This document shows positions 1-13,384 of a stretch of DNA of 64,000 bases, in pieces (the first letter of the stretch is position 1; each line of letters begins with the position of its first letter). The DNA is from Pavona decussata. Taxonomy: Eukaryota. The notes beneath the pieces were generated by a model that was given only the letters and a program-made list of their open reading frames with translations, ran no database searches and was not told where the DNA came from. The stretch is taken from the NCBI GenBank assembly GCA_977016875.1, contig CDRNST010000095.1, forward strand, positions 806,001 to 870,000, given 5' to 3'. The position numbers and the translations under genes were made by a program.

Positions 1-666
1 AGTAACATTCCCGTCTATAAGTTTGGAATTTGACTAAATGCAGGGCTAGGGAGGCCTTAATCGCCTTTCGAATGTTAGAAAATATCATGTTTTCTTCAGC
101 AAAATGACAGCTCAATATTTGAAAACTAATTCCTCTCGTTTTTGAAGGTACAAATATTGCGTGAAAAGGGCGATGAAAGAACAGCTAGCATTTTCTAAAC
201 CAACAACAGCTAGTGAAATTGGTTTTAGTTTTAAAGAAAACCTAAAGTTTTCGTAAGAAAAATGTTAACCCTCTCTGCCACCGCGACAACAGACGAGAGG
301 GAAAAAAAACGTGACTGTCAGTATTAAAAGCAAGAACATTGAAACAAAAATGCTTAAAAATCGATGTCACCTGTGTTTTCAGATCGTTTTGGCCCATTTT
401 AAAGACATGTTTGTGTAATCTTATGCAGTTGAATCTGTTCAAGTGCTTTAGCTGAAATTTTTAGCTACAGAAAGTTTTAGAGGACGGAATCATTTTCCCT
501 GAATTTACTAGCTGTCGCTGGTTTACGAAATTACCAGCTGATCTAATTTCGTATTTTTAACGACATTTGCCCCTTCCAAAAATGAAGCATTTGTATTGAA
601 TGCATTTTGAAGGTATTCTTTTCTTTCCTCATTCTTTCGATAGACACTCACTGAAACATCGCCGAG

Positions 667-1031
667 ATGCTGCTTTTGGTTTTTCTCTTATTAGTCGGAT
701 ACTGTAAGTATGCGCTAGCTTATAAAATACCGCTGTTTTGTCATAAAAAAATGTCGGGGAATAACTGCTGACGCGGAGAGGCATGTTCTTGTTTCAATTC
801 AAAAAGAGAGAGGAGAGACAATTCTATTATTTCTAATATTGAAAGAAACTATAGTACACTTATAAGAAGACAGAAGATTGTTAATCTGTGTTTTAAAAAG
901 CGAAGAAAGTGATTGCAGATGTGACATTTAATGGAATGGAATTCGGCACATTTTTGTTCCCATTGACTACCACCTTCAGCAAGTTTAGTATTATATTTAC
1001 GATAAGCGACTGCTGCTCTTACGATTGTTCC

Positions 1032-1079
<48 letters not shown>

Positions 1080-4000
1080 AATTATTGATTGGGAGAGAGG
1101 ACGACTCCCCTCACTTTCTTTGGAAAAAAAGAGGGAGAAAAAATATACATCGCCTATTCTTTTTTAGTATTCATTCTTTTAGGAATCAAACTTGCATACT
1201 TAATTGGTTTTTCAGTTTTTTAATTAAGTAATTGTCATCTTACAGCCATTGCAGATCACAACAAATGCTCAACGAACAATCCTTGCACTAACGGTGGAGC
1301 CTGCATAAAAAAAAAATGGTTTCTACCAATGTGTTTGCCCTCCGGAATTTACAGGAGATCTTTGGAAGACAAAGAAAGGTGAAAACACAATTCCTTTGTA
1401 ATTTCTTAGAAAATTTTACAAGCAGGAAGTTTCCACAGCTAATTAAAAAAAAAAATTGCAGCTCGTCTCTGTCTTACTTCGAAGATAAGAATTTTTGCTT
1501 AGTTTAAAAAGAGAAAATAAAATCATTTTAATTTAGCCGTAGTGCGCTGTGTTCCGTTTCACTTGACATAATTTCAATCAGAAGTCAGTAAAAGATAAGG
1601 TTTCTACTTTTTTGACGTTTCAAAGCGGAAAAGTTTTTGTGTGTCTATGAGTTTATGATTTATCAAAAAAAAGTTACAGCAACCATTAGGTGAACTGGTT
1701 TTATTCTTCTACTGTGATTTATAAATCACAAAAATACATCTCTGAGATTTATAAATCGCAAAGGTCGTTGAATTGCGATTTATAAATTACAATGGTACTT
1801 TATTTGCGTTTTACTAAATAACACAAAATAATGCAAAATTATCGCTAAATAATATTTTTGCACGTGGCGCCGAATGGTTTTCAGGTTACAGTAAATAGAA
1901 ACATACAGCGAGCGCCGATCATTCTCCACATACTTCACTCAAAAAATGTGAAACATTTTTAGCAAACAGTAAAATGATTTGCATAACTCACAGACGCGGC
2001 CTAATAGCGAGTCCTTTTTTTTTCTTTCTCTTGGTCCAGGAAAAAGTGACACTCCTGAGTTAAGGCGTTTCAGAAATGAGTCTGCAGGTATTGCTATTAT
2101 TTTATTTTATTTCTTTCAATAAAATTTTGTTATGAAATTGCCATGGTAAGGTCAATGGTGATTCAAGGGGAAAAGGAGTATTTCCTATAAGACTTTTTCT
2201 TTGTTGCTTTCATTTTCATTCTGTCTGTCTGTCTGTTTCATTTTTCTTTTTCTTCCTTTCTTTTGTTCCTTCTTATCAATTGTTTACTCCTCTTTCTCTC
2301 TCACTCTCTTTCAACGCTGGGGAGGGGACTAGCAAGGAGAACTTCTTTTTGTTCCGTCTTAAGTGATGTATAAACAAATGATATCCTCTGAATATAGTAA
2401 TTCAATCTACTATAGGAGGTTTGTGAATAGGTTTGCGTTTGTGAGTATATCAAATCGTGCCGTTCACGGTTGATTCGGTGTTGTGAAAGCCATTTTATGG
2501 TCATGTCGTCTACCAGTAGTTACCTGGGGGGTACGTCTGAGATCAAGTTTGACAATAATTTGATTTCTGCTTCCGTGACCATAGGTTTTTCGAGAGAAGA
2601 GTATTCAAAGGCCATTTCCAAATGGCTTCAAACCTCTTTGTAAAAACAAGGCTAACTGCATTTAGTTTTTATAATGCCGATTATGGTTACGAGATTAGTC
2701 ACACGGATAAAAACAACGATAGAAGCACGAATTGCAACCTAGGTGGGTCAGCATCTTTAGCCAAGCCTCACCTTGTTTATTGGCATCTGTTGTATCGATT
2801 ATAGGACCGCAACCGGCACAATTTATGGGACTGCCGGGAGACCGCCGGAAGACCCCCGCGATTAAAGAAAAGAGACTGTGGCAATCAGGTAATTAGTGCG
2901 TCACCATATTAATTTAACCAAAAGTAAAAGAGAACAACCAGACTAACTAACATAAATTAAAACAGTTTTGCCCTAATTTCATCCCTGTGAAGTATTTGTA
3001 AAAAGGTGCTTTAATATTTAAGTCAACGTTTGGTTATATCTTGTTACGAGTATTAGACGACATAACAAAGCTGGAACGATGTATCACTGAATTAAAATGA
3101 TAACACTGTAGCTGGCATGCGTTTCAACCGTTTATGCGAAGCATAACCCCATATTTCGGAGCACTAGTATCTAAATATATTTGTTTCTTTTGTTGCAAAG
3201 CTATATTATTAAAAATTTCTATCTTCGTCTGATCTGAGGCTTTGACGAAGGGCAAACGCTCGAACGGCCAGGACTCAACTGTCTTTACGGTTGCCAAATT
3301 ACCGAGTTATGAACCTTTTTAATAAAACCACATATGGATGCGAGACCAGTTGAAGCTGAATAACGGATATGCTACGTCAATTGCATGCGGCCAGGAACGT
3401 GGGCGCAAGCGCGCGGGGTTTAAGATGACTTTATTTCTTTTGGCTTTTTCAAAGGCAAAAGAGATTTAGAGATCCTGGAGTGTAAAAAGTTTTTGCAACT
3501 TTGTGTTGAGGAAAATCGTTTTTGACTGTCTAAGGTTTAAGGTTGCCCTATACCTTCAGAGGTGTCTTGCGTTAAACTATACCAATAATTTTCATATAAA
3601 ATGAATTGTCGAATTTTTCACGACCTCTAAATGCGAGCGTCCGAATCAACTTTTGAAAGCCACAAGTCAAAGCGAATTTTGTTTTTCGCTAATTTAATTT
3701 GCTCCTCAGTTTCCGGACCCAAAGCGCTAAAAAAAGTGTCTGCGTTTTGCCATATTCAAGCGCAATGAAAAGTTATAGAGTATTTTCGAAATAGGATAAA
3801 AAAAATGTGGAGTGATCGCACAAAAATCACTCTCGGAGAAAAAATATTTCGAAAGAAAAAATTCGCAGACACTTTTTTGTAGTTTATATGTTGAACTAGC
3901 TACTCTCCAAACTTGAAGGCAAACGAGCAAATTCCTTTTGAGTTTTAGCTCTTTTAAGTGGTTCCTCCAGGTGAAAAAATTGATTCGAGAAAACAGCGCT

Positions 4001-7000
4001 AGAAATTCGGCAATTCATTTTATTTCAAAATTCTTGGTTTAGTTTGATAGCCAGCTCTATAAGCTTTAATTTGATATCAGGGTTCAGGTATCTACAGTTT
4101 AAACTGGACAGGAATAGGGTAACCTTAAATATCTGTTGGACGCAAGAATGATAAGACAACAAAACAATGGAGGTACATGTCAGCTCCAAGAACGCGATAC
4201 CTCAGGCGTAGAGACCACAAAGCAAGGAGGCTGAAAACAACTGCAAGAAGCCATAACTCTTGAAACTGAGAGACAACAATGAACAACTTTGTAAAGACGT
4301 AGACCTATATTATATTCTCAAATCCGTGATAAAGCGCAAAAAGTCTGCAATCGTACGGCAGATAGATAGCATAAACATGAAATCACGAGAAAAGAAATTT
4401 ACATGTCCTAAGTCTTTACAGATAAAATATATGTAGTGTTCCCTGAGACCTTAGAGTTAACTTGAGCCAACATTATGAACAGTGGTCTTACCGGCGTGCT
4501 GAGCTTGAAAAGTCTAATGACAGGATCAAAGATGAACCGTATTCATTGCTAAACAACTGTTACACACGAGTAGAGTGGATATGGGTGGAGAAAAACAGCA
4601 AAAATGGTTTATCAATAGAAAATTGCTGTATTTTTTTTATTCTAGAACTTGTTTTTGTATTAAAGAAGAAAAGAATGGTGGAGCCTGGAGCCCTTGATGA
4701 GAATCTTGGGAAGCCTGGAGCCCTAAAATCCAACAAGAAATTTGAACTTCTTTTTTGTTATATCAGTTGTAGGTCCTTGTGGTGTGTTTACGACTGTATT
4801 CAAAAGAGTCATTAACGGCATCTCAACAACTAATCCCGCTTCTTGGGCCTGGCTTTCATCGATGAAAGTGAGGTTAGGTCCGAATCTACAGCATATATGT
4901 GGTGCGTCGCTTATTACTAATCACTGGGCCCTTACCGCTGCGCACTGTTTCTTTGATAAATTTGGAAGGAGGACCGTGTATGAACAAATGCTGGTCGTGG
5001 ATGCCGGTAAGTAATGTAAAACCTTTTCCATTTGAATTAATTTTGCTTTTGGCCAGCCGTGTTCCTATTACTTTCCTTAGTTTTACTGAGCAACAGAGCA
5101 AGGATGCCACGGTTAAAAAGACTCGTTTTTCACTCAGAGGAGGATGTCTTAGGAGCAGCAACAAAGAATGATATTGCTTTGCCAGTGTCGGACTAAGCTC
5201 TTCGGAGAGCCCACGATAAATAGAATATAGCTACCATTTAAAGGCCATGTTTATGGTTCAACGTCAGCTTACTACTACATACTATAACTTAGGTTAGTAG
5301 TATATACCAGGCCAGAGGTTTTATGCGCGCTCTGATTGACTACTCAAACTCTGGGCAATTCAATAATAATATTTGTTGTTCACTTCCCGTATTTGCCAAT
5401 GTAAAATACTGATCAGACATGGCTATCCTATGGTTTGATATGTACCAGAAAACGTTATTCACCTCACCTTCAGATGGTACAGTGAGCCTATTGTGAGGTA
5501 GACTTTTAATCACACCTGTAGAGTCAACATGTCGAAATTTCTTGGTTGGTTTGTGCATACACGTCCTTCTTCGCAGCTGTTGATGGCTTCCTAATCATAT
5601 TTGAGCGTAGCGGAAATTTGGTGACCAATAAAACTGAATTCATTGTTTTCATGCTTAAACTTAGTTCCAAGGTATATCATGTATTCTCTTCCCTTAAAAA
5701 CCAAACGAATGTTTTCCAATTTTACGGAATGGTAAAAAGCTGTGTATACTCTTGTTCTATTCATGAATTGCTTGGTAATTGGATATTTGTTTATGTCTTT
5801 CTAGGAGCTAAGTTAGAAAATGGCGTTGGTGGGACGCCATATAGCGTTGCGAGGATTGTTATACACCCGATGTACGTCCCTTCTAGTCCAGCCTTTTATC
5901 ATGATATTGCCCTCATCAGACTCACCCCCGATGTGACAAACGCTCCGCACGTCTGTTTGCCTGTTCCTGGAGCGCCAATCTTAAGTCCCCGTTGCATTGT
6001 GGCGGGTGAGTAAACAAAAATACCGTAAGAAATAGCCAATGATATATTAAGTCGAGAATTACGTGGGTTCTGTGGGTTGAGTTGATTGTTGGTTCTCATC
6101 TCTCCTCCGAGGGTTCTTCTCCGGGTACTCCAGTTTTCCTCCCTCCACCAAAACCAAGATTTCCAAATTCTGACTCGACCTGGAAACAGAGGAGAGAAGG
6201 GAACTCCATAGATTCCACTGAAATTCCCATTATTATTGATTTTTTTTTTTAATTGATTAAAAGATCTAGCTGGCAGCAATTGCTGCACTATCTTTCAATA
6301 CAGAGATGCGTGAAGTTCGGTAGTCTGCTAAAAAAAATAAAATAAAATAAAACTGCACAAAACCTGGAATATAGATTAACTAAGACTGAGTAATTGACGT
6401 ATTCCCACATCATTTGACTTCATCCACCTCCCGTGGTGGATCTCAAAGGAAGTATACTTTTGGAAGTATGCTAGTAGTCACGAAAAACAGTATAAACAGG
6501 ACAAGGGGAACGGCTCGTTTTTCATCCAACTTCGAAATGTTTGGAAACAGTCTCGTGTTTTTGATATAGCTTCTCGAACTGGTAATAATAAGTGGAAAAA
6601 TTCAATGGAAACGTTCCCCCAATTTTATGATGGTCTCCTTTGCTTTCTCTGAGAGGTGGTGCTTCATTATTATAGCCGTAAATACTACAGATATGGTTGT
6701 AGATCAGTGCGTTTATTTAGATTTATTTTCATACCTTTTTTAGGATGGAGATTAACGGCGACTTGGCCAGGTAAAATTGGTACTCTTATTCTGAGAGAAG
6801 CACCAATTCCCATTGTCGAGCCTTTTCGCTGCACCATTGATCCTCGCATTCAGATTTGTGCTGGAGGACAAGGAAGTAGTGGCTGTATGGGTGACAGTGG
6901 TGGACCACTCTTCTGCGAGGACCATGGGAAATGGGTCCTTCAAGGAGTTGTTTCGAATGGAAATAACATGTGCCCTACATCGATGCTCAGTGAGTTCACA

Positions 7001-7043
7001 CGTGTTGGCAGTTACATGGATTGGATTGTTGGAATCGTGAACG
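667..7043 (+). CDS. Secreted EGF + peptidase S1 (chymotrypsin/elastase-like) serine protease, spliced; EGF exon disrupted; 3' end uncertain
   Basis: Exons: 667-703 (signal peptide MLLLVFLLLVGY), 1246-1378 (EGF), 2805-2888 (linker, least certain), 4767(or 4773)-5006 (CG..KR|VING activation site, TAAHC His), 5805-6005 (DIAL Asp), 6744-7043 (GDSGGP Ser). All introns are phase 1 GT-AG. The gene either splices at GTAAGA 7044 to an unidentified exon or reads through to the stop at 7105. Confidence 0.88.
1034..1076. repeat. (GATT)n microsatellite
   Basis: Direct tandem tetranucleotide repeat. Confidence 0.95.
1246..1378 (+). pseudogene. Disrupted EGF-like domain exon of the protease gene
   Basis: Reads CSTNNPCTNGGACIKK/NGFYQCVCPPEFTGDLWKTKK. 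An A10 run (1307-1316) where 9 A would keep frame; exon is 133 nt; sixth Cys codon is TGG. Confidence 0.75.
3541..4124. mobile_element. Non-autonomous DNA transposon (Kolobok-like MITE) in protease intron
   Basis: TTAA on both sides. Ends ggttgccctat / atagggtaacc, plus longer subterminal inverted repeats (taaaatgaattgtcgaattt / aaattcggcaattcatttta). RR..YY termini with TTAA TSD fit Kolobok. Confidence 0.75.
6064..6238 (+). mobile_element. SINE fragment with V-domain-like core
   Basis: Core gggttcttctccgggtactccagttttcctccc followed by a short ATT tail; recognised from memory of metazoan V-type SINEs. Confidence 0.6.
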
Positions 7044-7359
7044 GTAAGAAATTCTGTAAAAGCCAGAAAAAAGGGGGCTGGTATTATTCGGGGTATTTCA
7101 AGTGATTTTGTTGCTTAATTAATAAAGAACGTTTTTCTTATTTTCTGATTCGGTGAAGTTCTTTGCTTCTGTTGACCGGCAACCATATGACGACGCCAGG
7201 TTCTGTGTTTTATCACGTGACGTACACTCTCTCTAGTCACGTTTTGAACTTGTTTCTAATAGATTGTCAAGATTATGTCACTGCCCATTTTTAATGTGTA
7301 GCTCTAGGTAAGGCATGGAATACAATTTCAAAGCAAAATATATCAATCTACAGTTCAAT

Positions 7360-7448
7360 CGACCAACTAACCAAGACTTACTGACTGGCTGACTAACTCA
7401 TTGATTGTTTGTCTGACTGGCGAACGACCGAATGAATGACTGAATGAC

Positions 7449-7480
<32 letters not shown>

Positions 7481-7978
7481 ATTTTATTTATCCTAAGGGT
7501 GCCAAACTGGATGGCTGACTNNNNNNNNNNNNNNNNNNNNNNNNNNNNNNNNNNNNNNNNNNNNNNNNNNNNNNNNNNNNNNNNNNNNNNNNNNNNNNNN
7601 NNNNNNNNNNNNNNNNNNNNNNNNNNNNNNNNNNNNNNNNNNNNNNNNNNNNNNNNNNNNNNNNNNNNNNNNNNNTAGCTAACTAACTGACTCTTTGTCT
7701 GACTGGCGAACGACCGAATGACTGACTGACTGACTGATTTGTTGACATTTTATTTAGCCTCGGGATTCCAAACTAGTTGGTTGACTGACTGAATGAGTGA
7801 ATGACTGATTTGCTGACTGATTGATTGACTGACTGGTTGGTTGACTGGTTGATTGACTGACCGGCTGGCTGATTAACTGATTGACGGACTGACTGGTGGG
7901 CTGTTTGTTTGGCTCATTAACTAACTGACTGGTTGTCTGGCTGACTAACTGACTGACTGACTGGTTGGCTGGCTGGAT
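7360..7978. repeat. Degenerate (GACT/GATT)n simple-repeat tract spanning gap 7521-7675
   Basis: Visible tetranucleotide repeats on both sides of the N run. Confidence 0.9.
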
Positions 7979-8717
7979 GCCCTCTCTCGCGATTCCATCT
8001 CACATGTCACCTGTTTTAAGGGATTCAATTTATCTTTAATTAAGCTCCGATTTCTTTTTACTAAACCCTGTTCTTGGAATAGTATAAATCCCAACAGAAA
8101 AAGGCATCTATTTTTCATACCACTGAATTTCAAACTGAGAGAATGTGAGTTTTTTTTTTTTTTTTCGTAAGAATAAAAGGAAAAGATGCACTTAAGAAAG
8201 TGGTAGTATAAACCGTTAGTTAACAAAAGTCCCCTTCACAAGAGCCAATTAAACTACCANNNNNNNNNNNNNNNNNNNNNNNNNNNNNNNNNNNNNNNNN
8301 NNNNNNNNNNNNNNNNNNNNNNNNNNNNNNNNNNNNNNNNNNNNNNNNNNNNNNNNNNNNNNNNNNNNNNNNNNNNNNNNNNNNNNNNNNNNNNNNNNNN
8401 NNNNNNNNNNNNNNNNNNNNNNNNNNNNNNNNNNNNNNNNNNNNNNNNNNNNNNNNNNNNNNNNNNNNNNNNNNNNNNNNNNNNNNNNNNNNNNNNNNNN
8501 NNNNNNGAGTTCGAGATTGAGAACGAGTACGACTTTCCAAATCTAGTAAGCTTGGCTTAGATAACAGCTTATCACAGAAGTCTTGTTTTTTCAGAATCGC
8601 CTTATGACGTTAACAACGGGAAGGAGCGACAATTCTGGGGACGCGGCTGATTTGAAATTTGAAAGACGTTTTTCTTCTCAATCTCGCACTCGTTCTCTGA
8701 TCTGAAAGTCGCTAATA

Positions 8718-9086
8718 GGGGCCTTACAAAAACACCACGGCGACGGCAACTACAGCGCCACAAAACAAAAGGGTTGATGAGAAAAAAAACAATCCCTCTG
8801 TACGTGCGTTTTAAGTTTTGGTACATTTCTCTGTCGTCGTTTGCAAAACAGCAACGTGAAATGACCAAATTCAAGGTTTTGTGGAGAACGTGACCACACG
8901 ACGGTGTATTTTTTATTCTCTTTTTTATCTTGAACACCACTGCTACCAATTTGGTTCCTGGGTAGTTTGTCCTTTGTGTAGAAGTTGAACGAGTTGAAAT
9001 AATCACGAAGCAGCACAAATGAAATAAAGTTATATTTTCAAGTGACGTTTTCGCTGGCGTTGCCGTCTTGCATTCGTAAGGACCCC
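8718..9086. mobile_element. MITE-like repeat
   Basis: Imperfect terminal inverted repeats ggggccttac..cggcgacggcaac / gttgccgtc..gtaaggacccc; no ORF. Confidence 0.6.
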
Positions 9087-9934
9087 ATCACAGAACTACT
9101 ATGACGACGACGACTACTTCCACTACTGTGCTGATGATCATGATTAAAATCAGTAGGCTTTTGTGCTTATTCAAAACAGGCATGGCACGCTGATGTGTAC
9201 GCAACTCCAGAGGCAGCCAGAGTGTAGAAGACATTTATCAGTAAAGCATGCACGCCGTAGCAATTTTCAATTAAATAATCATAGAAAAGGCATGATTAAT
9301 TATATAGAAAGATTCAGGCTTCACACTGGTCCCGTTTTAAATCTAGCTGGCTCGTGCCGGTCTTATTTACGCTTTTATGAGCATCCCGGCGTACACATGG
9401 GGCCGATCGGGGCTGAATCAATGAGCTCAAGTCAGGCGTTTTTATGGATCATCAGCTGAGAAAAGCACGATGATGTTTGATGTTTCGCCTTAGGCATTAT
9501 GCTATGCAGAGTAGCAGTTATTCGTATTTTCGTGCTATTCATGAACTCTATTCTGTGATTAAGGTCGCTCTTTTCCTTTTTTCTGACAAGTTAAGTTAAT
9601 CCAATCCTAGATCAAGCTCGCGAAATATTGTGTTCGGACCTAAATTGTACCTCTCGGTACCAAAAACAATTTGTTCCATTTGGGACAAAAACTTTGACCT
9701 ACTTTTTGCAGATCAACAAAAATGGGGCTTGAATGTGCTGAACGGTTAGCGGGTACATACAATGGGTCCCGTACATAAGCAAAATGCCTATCGACTTCGA
9801 TTTTTTGAACCAGTCCCGAGTGAATGTAGCCTTAGACACGAACGTAAGGTTTAATCGTTTTCGCAGAGGTACAGTTGTGTGTGTTCTGTGGAACTCACAA
9901 AGTCTCTTATTTAGCAAAATAGAATTGGGTTTAA

Positions 9935-10260
9935 AGGGGCAATGCCACCCATTTTCAGCGTCGATTTGATTAGTTAAAATTTTCCTCCATGGAAACGTTC
10001 AAATGATGCTTCGGTTCTGTTAATAATAACCCACCTACTAGTAAACTAGAAAACTTGAACTAATTATCTTTGGCTGCGGATGGCTAGGATGGAAATGGAT
10101 TGCAAATTGAAAAGCTTTTGCAAATTTGTTCGAGTTCTTCAAGTCTATGCTGGAGAAATCACTAAAAACTGATTTATTTTCCTCAAAAAAATCACTTAAC
10201 TTTGTCAAGTATTTGCATTGTTGTGACCAAAATACAGCAAAATCTCCTCGACATTGCCCC
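9935..10260. mobile_element. Kolobok-like MITE
   Basis: ttaa-aggggcaatg ... cattgcccc-ttaa. Confidence 0.6.
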
Positions 10261-11937
10261 TTAAAGGCTTCGCTTCCTTTTAGTTTTGTAAAGGTAGCTA
10301 GCAAGTAGTGTAAGATGACATTGTTCAATAGCGTTAGCCAAGATGTTACTCTCAATTTCGTATTGTTTAGTTCAAATTTTTTTTAAACCTAATATCGATG
10401 ATTTGAGGTGCAAGTATTAGGAATACTGATATTTGATCCTAGAATGCGCTACTTTTGTAAAACCGTAATTTTAGAATAAAGAATGGCATGCCTCTCTATA
10501 ATGTAGCACAGTTTCTTTTCTGAGTCCAATATTCTGAGTGCAATCCAACCTCCCCTATTTCCAGCTAGGTTTCAAAATTCAAGGCAGTAATAAAATCCTA
10601 TTAAGGGTTGAGGTTTGACTTTACTAAAGTTTTCCAAGAATTTTCATCTTCTGAAAAATATTCTGTAAAGCGCAAGATACAAACCATTTCTATCCTTCCT
10701 CCCTCCCCTTTTCAGTGTTGTCACGGCTTTGTTTGAAAGTCCATCGTAAATTTCCTCAACATTGTAAGAGGGGGGGGGGGGGGGGGGAGAGAGGTGGGAG
10801 GGTTGAATTTTAACTGAAAACACGTTCTTTGCACTGATTTTGTCAAGTCCTCCTGCAATTTCTTGTATTCATTCCCTCAGTCAAAGGAGTCATGTACAAT
10901 GCTACACTTCATTTGAAAACCGGGGGAAATTAACCGCAAACCAAAGTAGTGTAACTTAGATAAGAAAAACCCAAACCTGAGCAAACCTATCTGATGTTTA
11001 CAAGGCGAACCTTGCGACGCTTAAGAATTCTGCTTAGCCCTTTGCAGCATTCTTGCAATAGATAATAAAAAAAAAATACATGTTCATTGCTTTATATTAA
11101 TACCTCCATTTATTCATTTATATTCATTATTCGTTTATATAAATACCATTACCATTACCATTGAGTAAAAGTTTTCATCCTTCGTATGTAACCACCGTTC
11201 CTTGGGTGTACTTACGGGGGGACGTATGAGAATTTGGTCTTGCATCAACAGTGCGTGAATTTACACATTTTACGTGGAATAATGCGTCCTTATACAACAC
11301 AAGTAAAATATATATATATACTGATGTATAAGGGCACTGGCTGGAAAGGATTGTATAATGACCAGTATATATTTGATTCTTTATACTTTTGTATATGGAA
11401 CTTGGTTCAAGTGTACCCTGACGTATACTGATCATTATACAGACCACGTTCGTACATTGTCTTATTTACGACTTTGTGTACTTACTGTCTACGCACTGAG
11501 CAATTTTCTCGCATACACTATCATCACGCTGATTTTACTTAGATCACAACACCAGATTAAAACAGACAATAGTTCCGGATCTGCTTCACGAGGCATACTT
11601 GTAAAAAAAAGTGTGACAAATTCTTTAGAGAAAGTATACTCATACCAATGAACAAGGACATCTGAAGTCAAAAATGAATTTGTAATTATAACACCTATCG
11701 GTGTTCTTTTGGGCTAAATTTGAATGTCTGATAAATCTGCAACATACAAGCCATCTCAAAGAAATAAATAACTGCCGGATAACGCATTTTGTGTCTCGCT
11801 CAAGCATGTAAAGGCCGGGGCACAGGAACTGTATGATCCACGTCAAATTTATTTGTTTTAATGAAAACATACAGCATAGAAAATAATCTAGAAATGAGAA
11901 TGATGTAATAATCAGTAAATGACACAGGTATACTCCG

Positions 11938-11968
<31 letters not shown>

Positions 11969-12600
11969 AAAGGTAATTGTTCTCTGAAACTAACGACGTG
12001 TGGCCGACTGAGAAAGGAACATTTACTTTCATGAGACTGAAAACTAGAGAATTAATACCACGACAAATAGTTTATTTTCGCTTCAGTTCTGAAATTAAAT
12101 CGGACGCACTGCTTTAGCTGTTTATGATGTACTAGGACATAATAAGGTATAAATTGTTTTTTAAACGCTATGACTATATGCACGTTTCAGCCAGGCACGG
12201 TCTCAAAATAGACTAAATGCCCAGCTGGCAGTCAAAAATTTCGATTTTCTTCTTAAATTAAACACGTTTTGTCCTCCTGTAAGTTAATCGGGATAAACTG
12301 AAGTACAGCTCGTTTCACTCGTTTTGTACGTGACCTGCTCGTGACTCCATTTCCCATTGAACACCTTTGATTCCTCGGGAAACAACGTTCGCCTTTCCGA
12401 GAATTGTTTTGAGACAACCGTGCGTACAAAAGTTGTCTCAAATCGGTTAATTTTGTCTAAAACCTAGGGAGGGAGCGAAAACCGAACTTAAAACTCGGAT
12501 ACAACGGAAAAGAAACGTTGTCCTGTTTCACCCCCAAAATTAACTGAAGGAACAGAAAGGAAAGAAAGTAAAAAATATATATATATATAATAAATAAATA

Positions 12601-12601
12601 A

Positions 12602-12656
<55 letters not shown>
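12601..12656. repeat. (AAT)n microsatellite
   Basis: Direct tandem repeat. Confidence 0.95.
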
Positions 12657-13384
12657 GATAAAACAAAACTAAATAGAAATAAGAGAATGATAACGTGTTT
12701 TAACGTTTCAAACGTTTAATAATCCATACATATTTAATTAACAAGATAACCATACTAGCCTAGCGATAAAAAACGCTTTTGGTAGCCTAATTGATACAAC
12801 GTTTGCCTACGTTCTCAGTGAGAAATCAATACTATACAAATCCACTAATATTTAGTCATAGCCTTTGTTTTAGGGGTGGCTGTCCCCCAGTGTTTGTAGT
12901 GAGTGAAATACTATGTCCAAAACTACCAACCCAATTTGGGATCAAAAGGCTTAAAAAACGCACTATCGGGGGCAGACCAAGCTAACTGTATTCATGAAAT
13001 CTTTTTAATTTCATTTAACTATGTTTTATTAGATCCCACAGACTGTTAAGCGATTAAAATACTATGGAAATAATTTTTCTACAACACTAGCACTTATTAA
13101 AATTGTTATAAAGTGTATACTAAAATAATGATACCAGCCAATTGTTTCTCTTCTAATTAAAGCTATATCATCATTCACTAAAAATTATTCGTTTGAGGCC
13201 GCGTCGAGTCGTCAAAACATGGTCATAACACGCTAATAATGCATGTTTCTATTACTACGGTTTACTAAGGATTAGAACGCATGTTTCTATTATGCAGTCT
13301 TTTGCTCCACCGGTGTCCATGCAAACATCTAAATGCGCCTAATCGATTTCAAAATGGCGTACGACCTAATAAAGGTATTGTTAT

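Noticed and set aside
8595-8650. Candidate last exon of the protease (ESPYDVNNGKERQFWGRG*)
   Set aside because: Falls within repeat-like sequence; the true exon could lie in the gaps at 7521-7675 or 8260-8506.
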